DNA from: Octopus sinensis
Lineage: Eukaryota
Assembly: GCF_006345805.1 (NCBI RefSeq)
Contig: NW_021836115.1
Location: 1 to 24,737, forward strand
Direction of reading: 5' to 3'
Length of the DNA: 24,737 nt
This document shows, piece by piece, positions 21,665-24,737 of the stretch. The translations under genes were made by a program, and so were the position numbers. The notes beneath the pieces were generated by a model, which saw only the letters and a program-made list of their open reading frames with translations, did not search any database and was not told the origin of the DNA. Position 1 is the first letter of the stretch. Every line of letters starts with the position of its first letter.

Positions 21665-22124
21665 ATAATATATATTATATATATCTATATATATATATAT
21701 ATATATTATATATATTGTGTGTGTGTTGTACGATGACATGTTGAAGAGTGCCTGTCTTTTTAAGGTAACCGCGAAACGCGGGCTGAAGGTCCAACATTCC
21801 GAGTTCTTCTACAGGCCTTAGAAAAACCGAAGGGCTATTGCAATAAGTGTGCGAATCTGAGGTGGTCTGGGGTGGGGCAGAACATGTTGAATAAAATAAT
21901 AATTCACTGATTCTCCCGTAATTTTCTTTTACTCAAAGCCAGGAACTTTTCAGCACCGCCTCCGATGTATAATATAAATATATTTTATGTTTTGTTTTGT
22001 TTTTCCGCCCCGCCATTTCTCTAGCCGCTATTTAATGCTGCAGAAAAAGACCAGAGATGGAGACCCACAGAACCAAGCGTCAAATCAAATCTCCTTCCTC
22101 TCAATTGGTCGTAAAGCACTACAG
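782..22124 (+). CDS. ITPR: Partial multi-exon inositol 1,4,5-trisphosphate receptor-like gene (9 internal exons; central ARM/coupling region; gene extends beyond both window ends)
   Basis: The spliced product contains [15 protein letters not shown] and [80 protein letters not shown]. From memory these resemble vertebrate ITPR1 segments EKLCIKVLQTLREM and [21 protein letters not shown]...[24 protein letters not shown]...[20 protein letters not shown]. Splice phases chain 0-0-0-0-1-(2)-2-0-2-0. The symbol is family-level only; orthology is not established. Confidence 0.85.
881..972 (+). mobile_element. Penelope-like terminal repeat fragment (lacks hammerhead part)
   Basis: Closely matches 13281-13378 (agacttt...cgagcgt...aaactaatac...cgtcttcgtctttt...ataaat...actatata) and ends in a (TA)n tract. 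Confidence 0.5.
975..1146. repeat. (TA)n microsatellite
   Basis: Direct reading. Similar (TA)n/(GT)n tracts occur at about 354-400, 1285-1410, 1620-1760, 2587-2710, 10975-11055, 15850-16275 and 21495-21725. Confidence 0.95.
2440..2590 (+). mobile_element. Penelope-like terminal repeat fragment with hammerhead-like motif
   Basis: ccgacgaagagctccgctcgaaacgtt followed by ...ttcctgagcgtccaataatac...aactatatata, paralleling 13240-13380. Confidence 0.55.
2461..2497 (+). ncRNA. Minimal type I hammerhead-ribozyme-like motif
   Basis: Core CCGACGA (2465-2471), an extra A, stem II GAGC/GCUC, GAAA (2484-2487), palindromic ACGU, putative GUU cleavage triplet, and only a 3-bp stem I (UUU/AAA). Confidence 0.45.
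2788..2892 (+). CDS. ITPR: ITPR-like exon 2 ([35 protein letters not shown])
   Basis: Acceptor tttctctttctttcaag| and donor |gtgagt at 2893. 105 nt, phase 0/0. Confidence 0.75.
3215..3401. mobile_element. hAT (Charlie-like) MITE, 187 bp
   Basis: 15-nt imperfect TIRs tagcgctccgcaacc / ggttacggagcactg. 8-bp TSD-like flanks ttttagat / ttctagct. Repeated subterminal GTGCCGC motifs in both orientations. Confidence 0.75.
3657..3848 (-). mobile_element. R4/Dong LINE 3' UTR copy (5'-truncated near the stop codon)
   Basis: Near-identical to 17191-17410 and flanked on both sides by (ATT)n. Confidence 0.8.
3973..4044 (+). CDS. ITPR: ITPR-like exon 3 ([24 protein letters not shown])
   Basis: Acceptor ttatttcag| and donor |gtaagg at 4045. 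72 nt, phase 0/0. It is the only complex sequence between two trinucleotide tracts and joins in frame to GNMEYY of the next exon. Confidence 0.65.
4237..4445 (+). mobile_element. tRNA-derived SINE family A (tail type II, ATT tail)
   Basis: Head gcggcgagctgacagaatcgttagc, B-box GAGTTCAAAATCC at 4316-4328, core ctttaccttccatcttttcgg. At least eight related units occur in the window. Confidence 0.85.
4447..4790 (+). mobile_element. Helentron-associated (HINE/DINE-1-like) non-autonomous element; 3' end uncertain
   Basis: Perfect 11-bp hairpin acctccgcctt-cgct-aaggcggaggt (4450-4475) followed by (GTTT)n and ...ccactggatggatttggatgaaactt, an architecture typical of HINEs. Confidence 0.5.
4795..5340. 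repeat. Degenerate minisatellite, unit about 75-97 nt, about 6 copies
   Basis: Recurrent agggccttgtt(c/t)taat...aagaaacc...gtctgtatattttat...aaataaatttt...ctaa units start near 4801, 4876, 4968, 5061, 5158 and 5239. Confidence 0.6.
5391..5523 (+). CDS. ITPR: ITPR-like exon 4 ([44 protein letters not shown]+G)
   Basis: Acceptor attctttaag| and donor |gtaagt at 5524. 133 nt, phase 0 in, phase 1 out. Confidence 0.85.
5610..5763 (+). mobile_element. RTE-type LINE 3' end with (TGA)n tail
   Basis: Translates to [34 protein letters not shown], the MxDRxxWR pattern of RTE C-termini, followed by tgatgatgatga. Confidence 0.6.
5788..6180 (+). mobile_element. tRNA-derived SINE family B, full length
   Basis: Head tggctgtgtggtaagaagcttgcttc...ttcagtcccactgcg, internal (TA/GT)n, tail gccccagcatggccgcag...atgactgaaa. 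Six copies occur in the window. Confidence 0.85.
6255..6660 (-). mobile_element. SINE family A chimeric tandem dimer (tail type I unit joined to a head-truncated tail type II unit)
   Basis: Two copies of gaccccgaaaggatgaaaggcaaag(t/c)cgacctcg, with the junction at about 6441-6443. Confidence 0.85.
6726..6865 (+). CDS. ITPR: ITPR-like exon 5 with apparent +1 frameshift (E-YTNIGGD / [39 protein letters not shown])
   Basis: Strong acceptor ttgtttttgttgcag| and donor |gtaagt at 6866. The exon is 140 nt, whereas the flanking phases (1 in, 2 out) require 139. The incoming frame reaches TGA at 6749-6751 and the rest is open in the shifted frame. Confidence 0.8.
6941..7307 (-). mobile_element. SINE family B, near full length, antisense
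   Basis: Reverse complement of 5788-6180 and 16297-16720. Confidence 0.85.
7456..7665 (+). mobile_element. SINE family B 3' half
   Basis: (GT)n followed by ...gcggtgctccagcatggccgcagtccaatggctgaa. Confidence 0.7.
7772..7930 (+). CDS. ITPR: ITPR-like exon 6 ([52 protein letters not shown])
   Basis: Acceptor aaacag| (weak pyrimidine tract) gives phase 2, matching exon 5. Donor |gtaagt at 7931. Contains the ITPR-like motif [10 protein letters not shown]. Confidence 0.85.
7956..8497 (-). mobile_element. Unclassified retroposon (family 3) with (AAT)n tail
   Basis: Shares about 190 nt with 9206-9400. Both start identically at (att)n|gagtgagagagcagtgcatgcc. This copy has ATT repeats on both sides. 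Confidence 0.65.
8617..8820 (+). mobile_element. SINE family A, diverged
   Basis: gcaccgagctggcagaatcgttggc...ttttaatcctttcggggtcgataaaataag...ggggtcgatt. Confidence 0.75.
9050..9205. repeat. Nearly pure (ATT)n microsatellite
   Basis: About 50 units, direct reading. Confidence 0.97.
9206..9400 (-). mobile_element. Family 3 retroposon, shorter 3' copy
   Basis: Matches 7956-8130 and carries an internal tandem duplication of acccgtctgataagggtac at about 9282-9319. Confidence 0.7.
9459..9873 (-). mobile_element. SINE family A head-to-tail dimer (full unit 9643-9873 plus head-less unit 9459-9642)
   Basis: Two highly similar units with tail type I (atttcttta.tacccacaagggg). The junction reads gacgaaatac|atatttcttt. 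Confidence 0.9.
9953..10109 (+). CDS. ITPR: ITPR-like exon 7 ([52 protein letters not shown])
   Basis: Long polypyrimidine acceptor ttccttcttcttcttcctattcag| and donor |gtaagt at 10110. Phase 2 in, 0 out. Confidence 0.9.
10294..10690 (-). mobile_element. Non-autonomous Helitron copy 1
   Basis: On the minus strand it begins TCTTTATATATAAAAG and ends with the imperfect hairpin CCCGAGCAACGCCGGG followed by CGATACTG-CTAG. It is inserted between A and T with no TSD. Internal duplication of about 100 nt at 10347-10547. Confidence 0.75.
11056..11446 (-). mobile_element. Non-autonomous Helitron copy 2
   Basis: Same termini and A|T target as 10294-10690, with a different internal module at about 11117-11208. 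Confidence 0.75.
11581..11837. mobile_element. Foldback / MITE-like long palindrome
   Basis: Arms 11581-11698 and 11720-11837 are reverse complements (roughly 9 differences by eye) around a 21-nt loop. Confidence 0.8.
11915..12135 (+). mobile_element. SINE family B 3' half
   Basis: ...gcttgacaac...gatagaataagtac...gccccagcatggccacagaccaatggctg. Confidence 0.65.
12200..12480. repeat. Tandem repeat, about 105-nt unit, about 2.7 copies
   Basis: agac(c/a)tggtagaaa(c/t)agcagccaaat(c/t)tccc(t/c)caaatcacaccttactgtctta starts at 12200, 12303 and 12410. Confidence 0.85.
12540..12894 (-). mobile_element. Possible second Helitron-like family (only one terminus recognised)
   Basis: Ends in ttatatataaga|t like the two Helitrons, with a subterminal hairpin ggcagat-aaa-atctgcc (12866-12882). 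No CTAG end was located and the left boundary is a guess. Confidence 0.3.
12927..13195 (-). mobile_element. tRNA-derived SINE family C, head partly deleted
   Basis: Minus strand reads gtttcgattcccagaccgggtgttgtgagtgtttattgagcgaaaacacctaaaagctccacgagg, a B-box-like motif followed by a SINE-type core. Confidence 0.6.
13240..13380 (+). mobile_element. Penelope-like terminal repeat fragment carrying a hammerhead motif
   Basis: Hammerhead core followed by sequence shared with 881-972 and 2497-2590. It ends in (TA)n about 30 nt before the exon 8 acceptor. Confidence 0.6.
13246..13283 (+). ncRNA. Minimal type I hammerhead-ribozyme-like motif
   Basis: Stem I UCUUU (13246-13250) / AAAGA (13279-13283). 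Core CCGAUGA (13251-13257) plus an extra A. Stem II GAG/CUC. GAAA at 13271-13274. Palindromic ACGU. GUA cleavage triplet ending at 13278. Confidence 0.6.
13411..13508 (+). CDS. ITPR: ITPR-like exon 8 ([32 protein letters not shown])
   Basis: Acceptor tttttttcttag| and donor |gtaagt at 13509. Phase 0 in, 2 out. Resembles ITPR1 HSFF...[20 protein letters not shown]. Confidence 0.9.
13691..13898 (-). mobile_element. SINE family A, antisense
   Basis: cgattacgtcgaccccagtg...tggtacttat...tttgaactcagaac...gctaacgagtcagccaattcaccgcc. Confidence 0.75.
13930..14128 (+). mobile_element. SINE family A, sense
   Basis: ...cgttctgagctcaaat...ctttgcttttcatcctttcg...gtcgatgtaatcgactta...gaaattgctggccttgtaccaaaa. 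Confidence 0.75.
14155..14510. repeat. Degenerate 19-nt minisatellite (consensus about TTTTAAYRGTCASTCAMAT), about 17 units
   Basis: Examples: ttttaatggtcagtcaaat, ttttaatggtcagttggag, ttttaatagtcagtcggat, ttttaacgatcactcatac, ttttaacagtcatttggac. Confidence 0.7.
15037..15374 (-). mobile_element. tRNA-derived SINE family D with TSD and an internal templated insertion
   Basis: Head tggaggtgcgtggcttagtggttagggtgttggactc (A-box) and ggtttcgattcc (B-box). Flanked by ctgaaggtctcaact (15022-15036) and ccggaggtctcaact (15375-15389). Confidence 0.8.
16297..16720 (+). mobile_element. SINE family B, full length
   Basis: gcatggctttgtggtaagaaacttgcttc...gggttcagtcccactgcgtggcaccttgggcaagtgtc...gccccagcacggccgcaatccaatgactgaaacaag. 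Confidence 0.88.
17191..19195 (-). mobile_element. 5'-truncated, frameshifted R4/Dong-clade non-LTR retrotransposon (RT + CCHC + restriction-like endonuclease)
   Basis: [10 protein letters not shown] at 19051-19079, [10 protein letters not shown] at about 18925-18953, [13 protein letters not shown], [18 protein letters not shown] at about 17915-17972, RPDIILKD...LLIDMTVP...KYKDL, and C-terminus [17 protein letters not shown] (stop 17405-17407). 3' UTR runs to 17191. (ATT/ATC)n lies on both sides. Confidence 0.9.
19414..19620 (+). mobile_element. SINE family A (tail type II, ATT tail)
   Basis: ggtgacgagttggcagaatcgg...gagttcaaattccgacgaggtcgactttgcctttcatcc...aggccttctgcctatattagaaaggattatt. 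Confidence 0.88.
19677..19866 (+). mobile_element. SINE family A
   Basis: gggcggcgaactggcagaatcgttagcac...cgactttgcctttcatcatttcggggtcgataaatt...gtcgatgtaatcgact. Confidence 0.85.
19940..20046 (-). mobile_element. R4/Dong LINE extreme 3' end
   Basis: Matches 17191-17290 and has (ATT)n on both sides. Confidence 0.8.
20940..21195 (+). mobile_element. SINE family B 3' half
   Basis: (GT)n, gtgtttgtcccc, gtaacttagcggttcagcaaaa, ggcggtgttccagcatggtcgcggtcaaat. Confidence 0.75.
22025..22124 (+). CDS. ITPR: Probable ITPR-like exon 9 ([34 protein letters not shown])
   Basis: Long T-rich acceptor ending ttctctag| and donor cag|gtgggt at 22125. Phase 2 matches exon 8 and the frame is open. The region is poorly conserved, so support is mainly splice structure. 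Confidence 0.6.
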
Positions 22125-22309
22125 GTGGGTAAAAATCTCCGTTTTATTTTATGTTTTTTGTTTTTCTTTAGGTCACTATTTCTTTAGTCAGTCCCCCATC
22201 ACCATGTCGCTGCCCCAAGTACCACCCTCATCTGCGTCATCGTCATCATCATTACCGCCCTAATCATTGGTTTTTCTTCTTCAGCAGCAACAGTAGCCGC
22301 AGCAGTTGC

Positions 22310-22572
22310 ATCGGTTGTCATCGTCGTCGTAGACGTCTTCATCGTCATCGCTGTCATCACCATCATCATCATCATCATCATCATTGACGTCTTCATCGTC
22401 ATCGCTGTCATCACCATCGTCGTCATCATCATTGACGTCTTCATCGTCATCGCTGTCATCACCATCATTATTGACGTCTTCATCGTCATCGCTGTCATCA
22501 CCATCGTCGTCATCATCATCATAGACGTCTTCATCGTCATCGCCGCCATCATCATCATCACCATCATCATCA
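22310..22572. repeat. Higher-order (ATC/GTC)-derived minisatellite, 5 copies of a core of about 33 nt
   Basis: gacgtcttcatcgtcatcgc(t/c)g(t/c)catca starts at 22332, 22386, 22434, 22473 and 22524 (spacings 54, 48, 39, 51). Confidence 0.9.
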
Positions 22573-23042
22573 GAGTCATGGATATCACCATCATACGTAG
22601 CATTCTATTCCCCCTCTTCCCGTCCTTCTTTCCTTCCTTTTCTGCCTTCTCCCCCCCTCTCTCTCTCTCTATCTATCTCTCTACATCATTCCATCAGCAT
22701 CAACACTGCCTTTCCCATCTTCCTCTACATGGTTACCATAACAACTTAGTGTAGAAGTATTTTCCTGGTCTGTCGGTTTACTAGAAATAACAGTCAAACC
22801 GTCCTCAGTTCAAATGTCATAAAAGGAAAATTTAACCACTACACCATTTCAATACTGAGTTAAAAATTAACCTTAGGGTGGATATGGAAAGGTCCCCAAG
22901 GGACTCGAAACCACATAACAGACGTTCTACCATTATGCCAAAGCAACCACCCGAGTTTTTCCCTTCCGTTTCAGAAGCAAGAATTGTATGTTGTTTACGC
23001 CATAAAAATTTAGAAACTCCATGAGAGATATGAAGAAAAAAA

Positions 23043-23189
23043 TACATTATTTACATTATTTACATTTGACGGATATTTGTCCCCATCTTGTTTGTTGTTA
23101 ACACGTTTCGGCTGATATACCCTCCAGCCTTCATCAGGTGTCTTGGGGAAATTTCAAACCAGGGTTCTCATTCCAAAGTTTTTTTCCGA

Positions 23190-23227
<38 letters not shown>

Positions 23228-23345
23228 TCACTGCCTGGAATCGAACTCGGAATCTTGGGGTAGTAGCCCGCGCTCTTAACCACTACGCCATATGCCCGTC
23301 AAATGTAATTAATGTACATAATTCCTCATCTCTCAAATATAGAAC
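23043..23345 (-). mobile_element. Composite element: tRNA-like head + (AAT)n + hammerhead-containing tail + inverted tail copy
   Basis: A-box TGGCGTAGTGG (23280-23290), B-box GAGTTCGATTCC (23237-23248), (AAT)n at 23191-23223, hammerhead core at 23100-23142, and a 20-nt inverted repeat at 23053-23072 / 23296-23315. Confidence 0.7.
23100..23142 (-). ncRNA. Hammerhead-ribozyme-like motif, probably lacking its cleavage triplet
   Basis: GACAC-CUGAUGA-A-GGCUG-(10-nt loop)-CAGCC-GAAAC-GUGUU: canonical core, 5-bp stem II, stem I arms GACAC/GUGUU. Confidence 0.6.
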
Positions 23346-24286
23346 AATAAAGTTTAGGGGAAAAAAATAGTTTTAAACTTAAATATTTATTATATTGATA
23401 AACCCAAACCTTCGTTTTTTTTTACTTTTGTTTTTTTTTTACTTTTGTTTTTTTTCTTTTTTTTCCAGCAAATCCAATTTTATGAAACAAAACTTCGAAA
23501 TGAAAGACTAAATGGATGGGTAGGCATATATTACTCTTACTTTTTTATATATATTATCTACGTTCTTCTTTACTGTATCATTTCTGATGTTTCCTTCATC
23601 TTCCGTACTATGCAATATCAAACATGCGAAACTACAATTTATTATCATATTCCATTTTGTGTCGTCTGCACACAAACAATTCCCTGTCGTCTGCTTGCAT
23701 CCATTGCTCCATTTTGCGCCAAAATGTCGCCTTCTCATAAAATACTATTTCATTTCTTTCTTTATTCATCGTTTAATTTTCTGCCATTCTATCTTCATAG
23801 AACTCCTACTTTTCTTTTGTCATTTTACATAAATAGCTACAGTTATGTGTTGTCCAAACCTACATCACTGTACCGCTGGTTACATCTTCAAATAGAAGTT
23901 CCTTCATTATGTGACAGCAGCCGACACGCAGTGTGTTCCATTTCCTGTCGTCTGTTCACATAGAATAATATATTTTGCAGCGTTAGTAAGCACAAGCGCT
24001 TTCGTATTATAATTTTCAGTGTAGCTATCTGTCTATTAATTATGAATCCTATTTGTACATAGAATTAAAAGCCTTCACCGTATATTGACTGGAGAAAATA
24101 GTCTAATAGTAGAGCATATAAACCCCCATGACGGAGAAAAAGGGGCATTAGTGCAAGTGGGAATCGAAGCCTCGCTCCCTAAAAGGTTACGATTTTGTGG
24201 AGATGTGCATGGACCGTAATAATTTACTGGTGATTTAGTTTATATGTTTCATTATTACTACAAGGGGCTAAACATATTTATTTCGG

Positions 24287-24700
24287 CAGAAAATACAGAA
24301 ATGTTCTGAAATTAATTTTTTTGTTTTTTGTTTTCAGCCATTTTTCATCATTCAATATGTATTTTTAATTTTTTTGTTTCGTATTGTTTTTTTAAATCAT
24401 TTATTTTAACCTATCTCTTGAATTGCATCCTCCAGAATGGCCTTAATAAAACTGAAAAACCCCGTTCCGAATCCCAGCTTTAAAATAATCTTAAATTACA
24501 GAAAGAACGGAGATATTCAGAAATTTTTTTTCAGTGCAGTTATTTTTTTTATCATTCAATACACAAATTGAATTTTTGTTTCAAATTATTTACACTCGCT
24601 CAATTTACTCATTACTCCCTATCTCATATAATTACATCTCCCAGAATGCCCTTAATAAAGCAAAACAACCCACTCAGGAACCCAGATTGAAACGGAGTCT
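24287..24700. repeat. Old tandem duplication, unit about 210 nt, 2 copies
   Basis: Shared blocks gaaatt..ttttt...tcattcaata...ttttgtttc...cctatctc...catc(c)tcc(c)agaatg(g/c)ccttaataaa...cccag occur in both halves. Confidence 0.55.
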
Positions 24701-24737
24701 AAGTTGGAGAAAGAAAACGGTTGACGACAGAAAATTC

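Noticed and set aside
15300-23298. tRNA genes at SINE heads (15310-15374, 16297-16370, 23224-23298)
   Set aside because: A and B boxes are present but acceptor and anticodon stems do not close, and each continues into repeat body sequence.
257-23370. Most ORFs in the supplied track (poly-YI, poly-I/L/Y/N/H, CV repeats, SINE-derived ORFs)
   Set aside because: They are translations of (TA)n, (GT)n, (ATT)n and (ATC)n tracts or of SINE/MITE sequence, with no protein-like composition or splice support.
23550-23900. CR1/L2-like RT remnant on the minus strand (ADDTK...STEDEGNIRND; EDVTSG)
   Set aside because: Only two short motif-like matches with implausible intervening sequence; too weak to call without an HMM search.

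Overview
AT-rich, microsatellite-dense animal genomic DNA. The repeat families and microsatellite load resemble an octopus (coleoid cephalopod) genome; this is an inference. The window holds nine internal + strand exons of an inositol 1,4,5-trisphosphate receptor (ITPR)-family gene: 782-868, 2788-2892, 3973-4044, 5391-5523, 6726-6865, 7772-7930, 9953-10109, 13411-13508 and 22025-22124. All are GT-AG and phase-compatible except exon 5, which carries an apparent 1-nt insertion giving TGA at 6749-6751. The introns are packed with mobile DNA: several tRNA-derived SINE families (some as dimers or inverted pairs), a 5'-truncated R4/Dong LINE plus two further 3' ends all sitting in (ATT)n tracts, two non-autonomous Helitrons, a hAT MITE, a foldback element, RTE remnants and several minisatellites. 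The most unusual signals are three minimal hammerhead-ribozyme-like motifs (two sense to the pre-mRNA, one inside a tRNA-headed composite element with an inverted tail), a locally templated 40-nt insertion inside a SINE, and the exon-5 frameshift. Almost all ORFs in the supplied track are microsatellite or repeat artefacts. All alignments were done by eye and coordinates of degraded repeats are approximate.
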